Below are positions 26,734 to 37,963 of a stretch of 53,867 nucleotides of DNA, piece after piece. The notes beneath the pieces are model-generated. The model saw only the letters and a list, made by a program, of their open reading frames with translations. It searched no databases and was not told the DNA's origin. Made by a program: the position numbers and the translations under genes. The stretch's first letter is position 1. Every line of letters starts with the position of its first letter. This DNA comes from an uncultured Planctomycetaceae bacterium (GTDB lineage Bacteria; Planctomycetota; Planctomycetia; Planctomycetales; Planctomycetaceae), in NCBI GenBank assembly GCA_963813715.1, contig CAWFAK010000001.1, forward strand, positions 1 to 53,867. The letters are read 5' to 3'.

Positions 26734-28888
26734 GCGAGCGGTTACTCGCCTTCGGATTCTGGGCAGAGCCGTGGCGCGAACGGATGGTCCAGGCATCGTG
26801 GCAAGGTGCCGTCGTGCTGGCCGTCGCCTGGGCGATCGGGCGTTGGTGCACGTTTCTTTCGCCGCGAGCGATCTGCTGGGTTTGGCGGTTGGCCTGTCTC
26901 AAACTCTTCGTGGCGTTGCTTTGGGTCCAGCCGATCAGCCTGCCGCTCTTGTCCGCGGCGCCGGCCGGGGCGGTTTCCCACGAGACAATCGAACCCCGTG
27001 CGCCCTGGCGCAGAGCGCCCGGCCAGAACCGTCCTTGATCGAACGCACCGTGTTCGTTGGGCAGAACGACGCTCAGTCGCCAGCAGAGACAAATCGAATC
27101 AGCCTGTTGCCGCTATTGCAGTTGCTGTGGTTGGCGGGCATTTGCGGCTCTGTGGCGATCACCTTCGGGCGATGGCGATCCGTTCGCAGGCTGTGCCGCG
27201 AAGCGCAACCGACTCGGCGCGCTGTCCTGCATCAGTTGCTCCGGCTGGAGGCGGAAAATCTGGGAATTCGCCGGCTGCCCGAAATTCGGTGCTCGGCACA
27301 TGCAGACGGCCCACTCTTGGCGGGAATCGGGCGCCCCAAAATCGTCTTGCCCGATCGGGTCGAGGAATCGCTCGACGAATCGGAATTGCGACTGATTCTG
27401 GCTCACGAGTTGGCCCACCTGAAGCGCCGCGACCTCTTGTGGAACTGGCTCCCGACGATCGTCGGCTGTGTTCTTCTGGTTTCACCCGCTCGTCTGGTTG
27501 ATGAAGCGCGGCTGGACCGAAGCTCAGGAAGCAGCCTGCGACGAGTTGTTGATCCAGACCCGTGTCGCCCGGCCTGCCGAGTACGGGCGGTTGCTCTTGA
27601 AACTCACGCTCCGCTGGCAGCAGCGATCGGGCACGTCGCTGATTGCCGCCCGCATGTTCGGTTCCTCTCACAACCTCGAACGGAGGATTCGCACGATGGC
27701 CCGAGTCCGCGCGTTTTCATCCCGCAGGCTGATCATCACAGCCCTGATGCTTTCGCTGCTCGCTGTCCCTGGGATCGTCCCCTGGCGACTCGTCGCGCAA
27801 GAGTCGCGTCCAACCGCCGAGCGGGGCGCCAAAACTTCAACGAGTGCAATTCCGACGCAGACGATCAGCAGCCTCCAACCGAGTTTCATCGGATCGACTT
27901 CCAGCGACGGCGCCCTCATCAATTTCTCGGGCGTTATCGCGGACCAATTGCCCGGCAAGATTTACACGTGGGCAGCATTCGAGTTGAAGACGCCGAGCGG
28001 CGCGGCCGAAAAGTTCAGAGGGCCAATCGCGATCGACCCCAATACCGGCAAATGGGAGAAACTCGACATCGACGGCGCGTCGATGCGCGTCTCGCCGAGG
28101 GAGGATCTGATCGCCTTTTGTCGGCTCCATCGGGTCGAGCCGAAGGGCCAAAACACGGTATCCGAACTTTTTTACTCGGACCTCAAAGGGGGGCCTCCGG
28201 TCCGCGTCGCCGAGAGTGGAGGCAGTCAGGTCTGGTCGTCTGACGGAAAGCGTCTGCTTTACAACACGAGCAATAAAACTAAGAGCACAGAAGACGTCGG
28301 CTTTCGCGGCACAGCGTGGATTTTCGATCTTGCCTCGAAGCAAGCGACTAAGCTCCCTTTGCCGGAGGCAGACGAAGTCGACGATTGGTCGCTGACGGGC
28401 GATTGGCTGGTCACGGTCTCCGATCGCCATCCCCCCTTCGGCCACGGCTATCAGCTGTACGTCATGCATCCGGACGGGACCGACCAGCGCCGGCTGACGG
28501 AGGGCGGCGGGCTCAATTGTTACCCGCGGTTCCAACCCGGCACGAACCGGATCGCCTACCACCATTCTGGGCATGACTTCGAGGCCTTGTGGCTCGTCGA
28601 CTTCGACGGCTCAAACCGCAAACAGCTGCTCAGCAGCGATCAGGAGGGCGCGGCGGGCTGAACGGCGCCGCCTGGTCGCCGGACGGAAAATGGCTCGCGG
28701 TAGCCCGATTCGATTGGGAATCCAGATTCGTCGGCGAGGGAAAGACGAAGAAGCGGGAGTTCTTTCGGGGCGGCGGCTCTGCCAAAGATCGACTGGAAAT
28801 CATCGCTCCCGATGGATCAAGCCGAGGGCCGCTCAAGCTCGATCGCGTCGTCGACGCGAGTTTCTTCGCGCAACCGGATTGGCGGTAG
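26730..28888 (+). CDS. BlaR1-like M56 metallopeptidase with TolB-like beta-propeller C-terminal domain (indels near 27010, 27470, 28655)
   Basis: ATGA overlap with blaI; GPLLAGIGRPKIVLP, ILAHELAHLKRRD, FWFHPLVW, EAACDE, LERRI; then WSSDGKRL, DGTDQRRLT, WSPDGKWLA repeats. Confidence 0.85.
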
Positions 28889-28926
28889 GCCGGGTCTGAG
28901 TGCGCATGATCCCGGCCCTGCACCGC

Positions 28927-30420
28927 CTATTTCGGCACGCGCATTCCCGCGTGTTCGCGGAGGATTTGAATGGCCAGGTCGATTGTGCGCCGATGAGTCC
29001 GCAGCCCCAGTGCGGCCATGCGCAACGTGAATCGACCGCCGAGCATGGTGGAAGACAAGAAGATCCGGCCGTCCCGGCGGATGCTGTCGACGATGGCCTC
29101 GTTGTCGCAATTTTGCTGTTCCAGGCTGGCACCGGGTCGAACCCGGCGAAACGTCACGATCGAAAGATCGGGTGGCGGGCCCACTTCGAATCCGTGAGAT
29201 TGGATTTCCTGGCGAAAGTAGCGGGCCAACAGCAGTTTCTCCTCGAGCGCGGCCCGGAACGGTTTAACGCCCAGCAACACCAGCGGCAGCCACATCCGCA
29301 GCGCCCGAAAGTGCTTGGTGAGTTCCGGGGAGAGATCGGCGGGCGAGACTTCGTCCATCGATTTCGTGACGTCCTGCATGTAGTTGCCGGAGTAGTGATG
29401 GGCCGCCGCGAGGGCCTTGCCGTCCCGCACCACGACCATGCCCGCGCCCCAAGGCAGGAACAGGCTCTTGTGCGGATCGATCACGGCCGAGTCTGACCGC
29501 TCGATTCCTTTGAGCGCCGTCCGTCCGTGTTCGGTCAAGAGAAAAAAGCCCCCGTACGCGGCGTCGACGTGAAACCAGCAACGCTCGCGTTCGCAGATGG
29601 TCGCAATGGGTTCCAGGGGATCCACCGCGCCCGTATCCGTGGTGCCCGCGGTGGCGACGACGAGCCACGGCTTTAAGCCTTGCTTGCGGTCCGCCGCGAT
29701 CGTTTGTTCCAGAACCTCGTGCCGCATGCGGAAGCGCTCGTCGGTGGGAATGCGACGCACGTGCGCCTCGCCCAAGCCTGTGATGCCCAGCGCCTTGCCG
29801 ATGGAGTGATGAGCCTGACCCGTCAAATAGACCACCGCCCTGGGGAAGTCGGCGGACTTCAACCCGTGGGCGTCGCGTGCCGTGGCGATGGCGGTGAGGT
29901 TGGCGATGCTGCCGCCGGACGCAATGTTGCCTGCGGCTCCCTGCGGATATCCGAGCAGATCGGAGACCCACCGCAGCAGCATGTTTTCCATGCGGACGGG
30001 GCCCGGTCCGGCGAAAAAGACGCCCGCGTATTTATCGCTGACCGCGGCCAGGTAATCGCCCAGCGCCGCGGGGTAGATTCCGCCTCCCGGAATGTAGGCG
30101 AGGTACCCGCCCGAGGCCGGATGCCCGCCGGGGCGGACCACGTCGTGCTCGAACAGTTGGATCGCCTTTTCGATGGGAATACCCTGCTCCGAAATCGGCG
30201 ACTGGAGCAGACCGATTCCCTTGTCCTCGGTCTCGATGTAGGCCTTCAGCGATTCGACCTTCCGCAGGAATCGCTCGGAGGAGGCCACGACAGACTTGCG
30301 CAGTCGTTTGCGAGCGGTCGCTCCCGGCTCCAGGGGTCTGGCCGCTCTTTCGAGGCGACGAAGCTGCCGAAGCAAATCCGCGGGAGCAAGTTCGCTGGCG
30401 GCTTTCCCAGACTCGAGCAT
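28927..30420 (-). CDS. Group II PLP-dependent amino-acid decarboxylase (aromatic-L-amino-acid decarboxylase-like)
   Basis: YLAYIPGGG, GGSIANLTA, AGTTDTGAVDPL, WFHVDAAYGG, DPHK (PLP lysine). Confidence 0.92.
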   Translation of the reverse strand: MLESGKAASELAPADLLRQLRRLERAARPLEPGATARKRLRKSVVASSERFLRKVESLKAYIETEDKGIGLLQSPISEQGIPIEKAIQLFEHDVVRPGGHPASGGYLAYIPGGGIYPAALGDYLAAVSDKYAGVFFAGPGPVRMENMLLRWVSDLLGYPQGAAGNIASGGSIANLTAIATARDAHGLKSADFPRAVVYLTGQAHHSIGKALGITGLGEAHVRRIPTDERFRMRHEVLEQTIAADRKQGLKPWLVVATAGTTDTGAVDPLEPIATICERERCWFHVDAAYGGFFLLTEHGRTALKGIERSDSAVIDPHKSLFLPWGAGMVVVRDGKALAAAHHYSGNYMQDVTKSMDEVSPADLSPELTKHFRALRMWLPLVLLGVKPFRAALEEKLLLARYFRQEIQSHGFEVGPPPDLSIVTFRRVRPGASLEQQNCDNEAIVDSIRRDGRIFLSSTMLGGRFTLRMAALGLRTHRRTIDLAIQILREHAGMRVPK

Positions 30421-30695
30421 GGCGACGGCCTTCTTATTGATCCGGTCGCCATCGATCGCGGCTTTGCGAAAATGGGCACGAGGCGAGGAGCAGTGGAGCG
30501 TCGATTCCTGGCGTGATCGCGGCAAACCGCCAGTTATCAAGGCGGCTGGCGGTTATTCAGCGTACTCGCGAGGCGCGCGCGTTTTCCAGTCCGGCTCCAA
30601 TCGAAGGCAGCGACCACGCGCACGTATTGAAGTGGGCAGAGACGGCACGTCTCCGTATTTAGCAGCCCCGGGCGGCGAACGAAAAAAATCTCTGC

Positions 30696-31142
30696 TCACC
30701 ATTTTCGGTAAGGAAGAAACTTGCCGTTGTAGGTGACGACGACCCGATCTCCTTTGGGATCGGACTGCTTCTGAATGTCGATCTCGAAATCGATGGCGCT
30801 CATGATGCCATCGCCGAACATTTCGTGGATCACGGCTTTCATCGCCGTGCCATAAACCTGCGTGATCTCGTGGAAGCGGTAAATGAGTGGATCAACGGGG
30901 ACTTGTTGATCGAGCGACCCTTTCAAGGGCGGTTCTTGCAGCACCGGGGCGAATTCGTCATCCAGGCCCAACAGCGCGAGCAGGGTGCGGGCCTCCTCGG
31001 CGGAGCAAGTGGCCTGGCCGTACAACGCGGCCGCCGTCCAAACATGATGTCGCTTGATCGCCTTGGCCAGAGACTCCAAGGTCAGTTTTTTGGTGCGCTG
31101 GGCGTCCAGCATCTGCGAGGTCAATTCTGCTCGTGAGATCAC
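30696..31142 (-). CDS. cynS: Cyanase (cyanate hydratase), copy 1
   Basis: DPLIYRFHEI...IHEMFGDGIMSAIDF...GDRVVVTYNGKFLPY; GTG start aligned to the ATG of copy 2. Confidence 0.95.
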   Translation of the reverse strand: MISRAELTSQMLDAQRTKKLTLESLAKAIKRHHVWTAAALYGQATCSAEEARTLLALLGLDDEFAPVLQEPPLKGSLDQQVPVDPLIYRFHEITQVYGTAMKAVIHEMFGDGIMSAIDFEIDIQKQSDPKGDRVVVTYNGKFLPYRKW

Positions 31143-31206
31143 GCGTCGTCCCCTGGGAATAACAGACACAACCGGCGCTCTGCGGATAGCAAACAAGCCC
31201 ACCCGA

Positions 31207-31236
31207 ACGATACGTCTGGATCCGCGAGCTCGTCAA
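31207..31236 (-). promoter_or_regulatory. Putative sigma-70 promoter of cynS copy 1
   Basis: TTGACG-18 nt-TATCGT; identical hexamers and spacing upstream of copy 2. Confidence 0.65.
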
Positions 31237-31428
31237 TTTGTGCGATTGTATTCTCGCGACTTCTGCTCCGCGGGGCCTCTCACTGCGTCACTTGTCGGTC
31301 GTTTCATGGCGGATTCGAAAAGGATTTGGAATCATGGGTTGATCGCGTCCAACCGGATGAACCCTCGCGCTGCGACACGTATCGATGCTGTCGGGAATAG
31401 GCATTTCCGCGACCAGAAGGAATCCTCA

Positions 31429-32608
31429 GTGCACACAAGAAGATTATTGACCGTTGCGTTCTCGATTAGTCTGCTGGCGAGCCTCGATCTCGAGGGGACC
31501 GTCGTCGCGCAGCGGACACAGCCGCGCAAGGCGCGCCCGGCACCCCCTGCCCGCGATCCGAACACGCCGGGCTATGTCCAAGCGAAAGAATTGCCCGACG
31601 GCTCGGTTCCGCCGGCCGATGCGGACGGAAACTTCATCATTGGTCCGACGCACAAGCGCGCCCGGAAATGAGGCGCAAGAGGGTGTGCCAAAGGGGACGG
31701 TCCACGAGCTCACCATGAAATCGGCCGACAGCAAGATCTATCCCGGCATCGCGCGCGAGCCGAACACGTCGGGAACGGTCGACCCCGCCGACCCCACCAA
31801 CCTGGTGGTGACCACGAGCCACCCTGCCCCTTACACGCGACGGGTTGCTGTTTACGTCCCCAAGCAGTACGTGCCCGGCACGGCCGCGCCGTTTATCGTC
31901 GGAGCGGACGGGCCCGATCGGCTGCTGTTTACGGCTCTCGATAATCTCATCGCCCAGCATAAGGTGCCGGCGATGATCGCCATCTCCATCGGCAATGGCA
32001 GCGGCGACGCGCAAGGCAGTCAGCGCGGACTGGAATACGACACCATGTCCGGCCTTTATGCGGAATTCGTCGAGAACGAAGTGCTGCCGCTCGTCGAATC
32101 ACAATGCAATGTGAAACTGACCAAGGATCCGGAGGGTCGAGCGACCATGGGCTGCAGTTCGGGCGGTTCGTGTGCCATCATCATGGCCTGGTATCACCCC
32201 GAACTGTACCACCGCGTGCTGACCTATTCGGGGACCTTTGTGAACCAGCAATGGCCGCACAGTGCCGAGACGCCGCACGGCGCGTGGGAGCTGCACGAAC
32301 GCCTGGTCCCCAACAGCCCGGTCAAGCCGTTGCGCATCTGGATGGAAGTCGGCGACAAAGACCTCTTCAACCCGAATGCCATGCGCGACAACATGCACGA
32401 TTGGGTGCTCGCCAACGAGAACATGGCCAAGGTGCTGGCCGACAAGGGTTATCACTATCAATTCGTTTTCGCCCGCAACGCCAGGCACTGCGACGGGGGC
32501 GTGAAACAACAAACCTTGCCGAAAGCTCTGGAATACGTCTGGCGCGGGTACCCGATCGCGGAGACGAAGAGCACACCGTCGAGCGGCACGGCCGGTTCGG
32601 CACAATAA
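31429..32608 (+). CDS. Secreted enterochelin-esterase-like alpha/beta hydrolase (indel near 31660)
   Basis: Signal peptide from GTG 31429; RRVAVYVP, SQRGLEYD, nucleophile elbow GCSSGG, DKGYHYQFVF..H. Confidence 0.85.
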
Positions 32609-32748
32609 CGCGCGCATTCAGGAGCCGCGCCCGATTACGCGCACCCCTTAAAGGCGGCGCAAGCTCGGGCTCGGACTTATCCTGGAACACCCCTCGCCGC
32701 TCACGGTCGTTTCAGGCCGCAATCTGATCCGGAAAGGCAACTCGGACG

Positions 32749-33960
32749 ATGGCCCGGAGCGTACTGATCGTCGGCGCAGGGCCGGCCGGGGCAGCACTTG
32801 CCTATCTGCTCGCCCGCCGCGGAGTGGCCGTGACGTTGTTGGAAAAGCACCGCGATTTTGCGCGGGCCTTCCGCGGGGAAGGATTACAAGCAAGCGGCAT
32901 CAATGCGCTGGAGCAGATGGGAGTTGGCGAGAAGCTGGCCCAGCTGCCGCAGGTCAGCGTGAGTTTTATCGAGCTTCACCGCGGGGGACGACTGCGCGCC
33001 AGGATCAACACCGAGCAGTTGGGCTTTGCCGCCCGATTCGTGTCGCAACCAGCGCTTCTTGAGATGCTATCAGCGGAGTGTCGTCGCGCCTCCAATTTTC
33101 GACTCGAAATGGGGGTCAGCGCTCGCGAGTTGCTTTATGAGGATGATCGGGTGGTGGGCGTCCGAGCCGACACGTCGACCGGCACGCGCGTTTATCATGC
33201 CGACCTGATCGTCGGCACTGACGGACGGCATTCGATTACGCGGAAGGCAGGCGGGTTCATCGAACTCGAGGTGCGGCAGAACTTCGACGTGGTTTGGTTC
33301 AAGGTGCCATTTCCAGAGTTCTGGCCCGATCGTGCAACCGTGCGGCTGGAATTGGGACCGGGTTACATTTCGGGAGGAATTCCTTCGAGCGACGGTCAGC
33401 TACAGACTGGTTTCACGATTGCCAAGGGGACCTTCCCACAGCTACGGGCACAAGGGGCGGAGGCGTGGGCCGACGAAATCCTCCTGCGACTGGCGCCGGA
33501 TCTCGCCGCCCACCTGCGAGCGCACGCCGAGGTTGTCAGCCGGACCGTGCTGCTTGATGTCCTGGTCGGACGGCTGATTTCGTGGACAAAACCGGGCCTG
33601 TTGCTATTGGGCGATGCGGCACACCCCATGTCGCCCATTGGCGGTCAGGGCCTCAACGTCGCGCTACGCGATGCCCTGGTCGCCGCAAACCACCTGTGTC
33701 CGGTGCTAGTGAGCGACGCGGGCCAACCAGCGATCGACTCGGCCGCACAGCGCGTGGCTCAGGAACGGTTGCCCGAAATCGTAGCCTTGCAGGAGCACCA
33801 AGACAGGCAGGCGAAGCTGTTCTTGGAGCCGCGCTGGACCGGCCGCCTGGCGATCCGACTGCTCCCACTTCTCGTACGCACCGGTCTCTTGCGGACTCTC
33901 CTTGGAAAGCGGCTGCGCGCTTTCCAGCATGGCGTCGTTCCCGTCAACCTGACCGTCTGA
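32749..33960 (+). CDS. FAD-dependent monooxygenase/oxidoreductase (UbiH-like)
   Basis: IVGAGPAG, DG motif (VGTDGRHS), LLGDAAHPMSPIGGQGLNVALRDA. Confidence 0.92.
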   Translation: MARSVLIVGAGPAGAALAYLLARRGVAVTLLEKHRDFARAFRGEGLQASGINALEQMGVGEKLAQLPQVSVSFIELHRGGRLRARINTEQLGFAARFVSQPALLEMLSAECRRASNFRLEMGVSARELLYEDDRVVGVRADTSTGTRVYHADLIVGTDGRHSITRKAGGFIELEVRQNFDVVWFKVPFPEFWPDRATVRLELGPGYISGGIPSSDGQLQTGFTIAKGTFPQLRAQGAEAWADEILLRLAPDLAAHLRAHAEVVSRTVLLDVLVGRLISWTKPGLLLLGDAAHPMSPIGGQGLNVALRDALVAANHLCPVLVSDAGQPAIDSAAQRVAQERLPEIVALQEHQDRQAKLFLEPRWTGRLAIRLLPLLVRTGLLRTLLGKRLRAFQHGVVPVNLTV

Positions 33961-34133
33961 CCTTCCGCACCCACTCGCCTGTTCGTTCGGGGATCTCAGA
34001 GCATCCATCGTCTACGCCGGTCACCGCAACTCGGCGGAGCGCTGGTCATCTCTTGCTCCTGTCTAAGTCATCCGGCAACCACTGTTCAGGAGTCGGTCGC
34101 CACAGTTTCACATCGAATTTCCCGGCCGGTCGC

Positions 34134-34598
34134 TTATCCGACGTTTGCGTGGGTCAGCGGCGCTCGCTTCTCGACCGGCGGCTTGCTTCGCTTTTCCGAG
34201 AGTGAGTCGACGCTCATCGGCCCCGAGCCATTCGCCATGACGAACAGCATGGCGCCCATCATCGAGAGATTCTTCATGAAATGAATCATCTGGTCCTGCT
34301 GCGCTTGGCCCTCCAATTTCCAGAACGGGTGGAAGTAGTACGAGGCCAGGACCAGGAACGTCAGCAGCAGAGCGGCTCCCCAGCGGGCGCGGTAGCCGAC
34401 GATGACGGACAGGCTGCCGGCGATCAGGAAGACGATCGCGCCGACTAGCATCAATTGCGGTGCGGGAATTCCCACCGAAGCCATCACCTTCGCGATGTCG
34501 TTGAAATGCGGGATGTTGTTCCCCACGGCCGCCATGAAAAAGATCGTGCAAAGCATCACACGGGCCAGGACCGTCACGATGCCTCGAAGTTGCGACAT
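34134..34598 (-). CDS. DoxX family membrane protein
   Basis: LARVML..IF, HPFW, HFMKNLSMMGAMLF...GSGPMSVD. Confidence 0.92.
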   Translation of the reverse strand: MSQLRGIVTVLARVMLCTIFFMAAVGNNIPHFNDIAKVMASVGIPAPQLMLVGAIVFLIAGSLSVIVGYRARWGAALLLTFLVLASYYFHPFWKLEGQAQQDQMIHFMKNLSMMGAMLFVMANGSGPMSVDSLSEKRSKPPVEKRAPLTHANVG

Positions 34599-34693
34599 GA
34601 CTTTTCTCCTATCGGTTTGGGGCCAGCTTTGGTCGAACGACTGACGTCACCCGCGCCGCGTTGGCGCGTGCGGATGTTCCGGTTTCCGAAGTG

Positions 34694-34722
34694 GTTGACA
34701 TGACGAATGTTGATATGTCATG
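34694..34722. promoter_or_regulatory. Tandem putative MarR operators upstream of doxX
   Basis: GTTGACATGACGAA and GTTGATATGTCATG, variants of palindrome GTTGACATGTCAAC, 15 nt period. Confidence 0.65.
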
Positions 34723-34742
34723 TTTATGCGCAAAAAAACACT

Positions 34743-35222
34743 TCAATTCGTCTCGGTCCAGGGCGCTCGGACCTTCTCGAGCAGCTGGATCAGGTCCTTC
34801 AATTCGCTCCGGGACAGATGATCGAGGAGTTCGTGGTGCAGGTCGTCGAGTGGTTGATCGAGTGCCGCCAATGTCGTCACTCCCTGGTCTGTGAGAGCCA
34901 CGTAGATCACGCGGCGGTCTTTTTCGCAGCGCAGTCTGTTGACCATCCCTGCCTGTTCCAGTCGGTCAATCAATCCCGTGATCCCCGGCACGACGGTCAC
35001 CGTACGGCTGGCAATTTCCAGAATCGGCAAAGGCTTCCCCTCGCCTCTCAGGATCCGCAGGATGTTGTACTGGGAGGGGGTCAGCCCATGCTGCCGAAGC
35101 AGCCGCGCACAACGAATCTGCAGCTGATCGTTCGTCCGCACAACGCTCAGGAGCGCCTCCTCGAGCGGCGACGCGAAGGGCCGTTTCTTTTTCAGTTCGT
35201 GCTGCAGTTTCGGAGTCGTCAT
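34743..35222 (-). CDS. MarR family transcriptional regulator
   Basis: GLTPSQYNILRIL...ITGLIDRLEQAGMV.R...DRRVIYVALTDQG. Confidence 0.93.
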   Translation of the reverse strand: MTTPKLQHELKKKRPFASPLEEALLSVVRTNDQLQIRCARLLRQHGLTPSQYNILRILRGEGKPLPILEIASRTVTVVPGITGLIDRLEQAGMVNRLRCEKDRRVIYVALTDQGVTTLAALDQPLDDLHHELLDHLSRSELKDLIQLLEKVRAPWTETN

Positions 35223-35251
35223 CGGAGAACGCCTCGTTCATTCACTCATTT

Positions 35252-35281
35252 AGTTTACATGTCATCTATTTGCGTGTCAAG
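35252..35281 (-). promoter_or_regulatory. marR promoter with overlapping operator boxes
   Basis: TTGACA-17 nt-TAAACT on the minus strand; GTTTACATGTCATC (35253-35266) and a weaker box at 35268-35281. Confidence 0.7.
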
Positions 35282-35762
35282 TCTTTTCTCTGCTATTTGA
35301 TGTTAAGACGCGATCCTCCAGCCAATCGACGTAGAGCAGTCGCTCTGCGAACAGCCACCCGCCTTCCAGCTTCACATACGTATCGAGGTAGCGGAGCGAG
35401 GCCAGCATCAAGCGTCGCTTCCCTCCGTCGACGGTGACGTGATGCGCCAGGCAATAGACTTCCCCGGTGGCCCGGTCGCCTGTGAGCGTGAATATCGTGC
35501 TCTGTCCGATGAAGTGCGTTGTGGCATCGTACTTGTTCAGATCCGCGAAGACTGGAGCGAGCGCCTCGCGCGAGTGCAGCTCCTGTGAGGGCGTCGGATC
35601 CTTCGCGTTCATGTACACGACGAAGCGGGTGTCCGCGGTAAACAGCGACATCTGACCTCTGGCGTCACGAAGATCGGCACAGTGCGCGTAGGCCTCGACG
35701 AGCTCGCGAATCGCGAGGCGATCCGCCGCTTCGTTCGGAGAGATGGCGACGTGTTTGCTCAA
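35277..35762 (-). CDS. NTF2/SnoaL-like domain protein
   Basis: ADRLAIRELVEAYAHCAD...LFTAD...TTHF...GDRATG...YLDTY...WLFAER; TTG start with gaggag RBS. Confidence 0.88.
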   Translation of the reverse strand: MSKHVAISPNEAADRLAIRELVEAYAHCADLRDARGQMSLFTADTRFVVYMNAKDPTPSQELHSREALAPVFADLNKYDATTHFIGQSTIFTLTGDRATGEVYCLAHHVTVDGGKRRLMLASLRYLDTYVKLEGGWLFAERLLYVDWLEDRVLTSNSREKT

Positions 35763-35953
35763 GAGTTGGTCTCCTCGCTCAAGTCATTCGGACAGGTCAT
35801 TCGGACAGCGCAGCGTCACTCGCGGACGGCTCGCGATTCGAGAGCATTCTGGCGCCGCCGCCTTCGATACATTACCGAGGAACTCGTCAGTCTACTTCCA
35901 CACGCACACTCGGGTGGAGAGACGCGATCAATTTGCTCACCCGGCGAAGTGGC

Positions 35954-36160
35954 TTACTTCGCGTGGACCTTGGCGATCTGGCCGACGAGCTTGTCCCAAG
36001 GCATGTCGAGGGCCCCGTAGATCGTGCCGGCCTCCGGCCGCGCGTTGGCCTTGAGGATTTTCACCATCAAAGTCGCGTAGTCCGAGAGAATGACGCCGGC
36101 CTGGAGCCTGTGCAAGAGCCCGACCTGACGCTTGGTCTCGCTGAAGGTGATCCCCGAGAT
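35954..36160 (-). pseudogene. 3' remnant of an isochorismatase-family (YcaC-like) hydrolase gene
   Basis: Reads TFSETKRQVGLLHRLQAGVILSDYATLMVKILKANARPEAGTIYGALDMPW...VHAK* with no start; resembles the YcaC-type C-terminus from memory. Confidence 0.6.
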
Positions 36161-36217
36161 CGTCCGTTTGAACTGCCGGCTTACCGTGTGACCTCGTCCC
36201 TCACATTAGCGGCATCG

Positions 36218-37622
36218 TCATTTCCGCGTGCTCAATGTCGAATCGCGAGCCGGCTTTTCAGTTCTGGCAGGCAAGAACTTGTAGCCTCCGACGTCGCTGA
36301 AAAAGAGCCGGCTCCGATTCTGGTCGAGCCATGTCCGCCATTGCCGGCCGGTCTCGAAGTTCTCGTTTGTATAGCGCTTCAACAGGCGGAGCGCCACATC
36401 CGGGTGATCGTTCTTTTCGAGCTTCGTGACGCACCGCTCGAGCATCTCCACCCGGCGGTTGGAGGGGCCGACGGCCTTCGCGTCCTCGTCGATGACGAAG
36501 TGGGGAGGCCGGGCGTTTGGCGCGGAGGTACTCGAGGTTTTCCTGGTAATAGGCGACATACTTGCCGGCGTCCGTTCCGAATTTCTTGCGAAGCTCCTCG
36601 GGAAGGATCTCCTCCATCCATTGCTTTTCCGACGCCTGACTTTCTCGGACCGATTTGGCAACGCAAGCCTCGAGGTTGCCTTTGTACTGCTTTGGAATCC
36701 ATTCAGGATGTTGCGTGTACATCCCTCGAAGCCGACGAGACGCTTGTTGCCGGTAATCCTCCGACAAATACCGCGGGGTCGCGGCATTGCGCAACGCCCA
36801 TTCCCGCGATCTGGATTCGCTGCGCACGAGAGGCGTTCGACCGTCGAATTGTTGCATGTAGCAGACCACGTTGACGAAAAGACGTTGTGCCGCCGGCGTC
36901 ATGTCGGCCGGGGCAGCCGAGAATCCCCACAGGAAGAAATTGGCTTGCCGGCCAAGGGTTAATGTGTCCGGGCCTTTCATCGCAAATCCCTGCGCGATGA
37001 CTTCGGCATCGGGAGAATCGGCGAATCCGTACAGGGTCGAGACGAGGCCGGGGTCGATGTCGGGATAGTTTTTGGTTTGCAGTTTCCAGACTTTCATGGT
37101 CGGCCCCAACGCCTCGATGGACGTATACGGGTAGTCCTCCGGCGTTGGCACGTCTTCCAGTTTCGGATCCACTTTGAGGGGCGAGTGAAACAGGGGATGA
37201 TCGAGGCGCAGACGGTAAGCAGGACCGGTCAGGCACAGGCAGAGCCAGTCGATCTTGAGCTTCAACGACTCCCCGACGGCTCCTCCTCCCCGTCCGATGA
37301 GGATGGTGGGGCGAGCGTACGTTCTGCTCAATTGGGGCTTGTGGTAGCGTTTCCACTTCTTCTGGTCGATGTCCCCCTTTCCGTCGTATCCGGACGACCA
37401 GTCAAGGATGACGACGTCTTGCCCGTCTGCGTCCTTCTCCTTGAATTCGCGCGTGTCACGGAGCGTCACTTTGGTGAAATGACGAGCCAGGAACGAGTGA
37501 TAGTCGGCTTCGCGCTGCGAGCCGGGATCGCCGCAGTACAAGACGCGCACATTCATTCGCTCGTCGGCTGAGAGCGGCGCGGCAAGCAACAGGAGTCCAA
37601 GCCATCCACACAAGCACCGCAT
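36218..37622 (-). CDS. Secreted hypothetical protein with DWLCLCL motif (indel near 36505)
   Basis: Signal peptide; coding-like through YQENLEYL, then continues in the 36218-36787 frame (IDEDAK...LLKRYT...LFFSDVGGYKF). Confidence 0.7.
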
Positions 37623-37963
37623 GGGGCCGACCTCATTTCAGAAACGACTTGAATCCAAGCCCGCGATTCACGCTCGATCAGCATGCCTAACGGAAGATCG
37701 GGCAGCCTCCGTCGTGACCAAAGATTGGCCGCTGCGAGAGATTTGTCTGCCTTTTTCCCTGAATTCACCCGTTTTGTGCCGCGGAATTCGCGGCCTTTCG
37801 CCCACTAACGCTACCGGCGAGCGCATTCCAAGAAAACGCACGAGTATCCGGGACCAAGAACCGTCTGCCGAAAAACGTGTGGCTTTCTGGTTATCATTGA
37901 AGCTCCCCCGAAAATTGCGGCGTCGAGACCGAGCCGTCAACCTTAAAGGAGAAGGACGAAACA

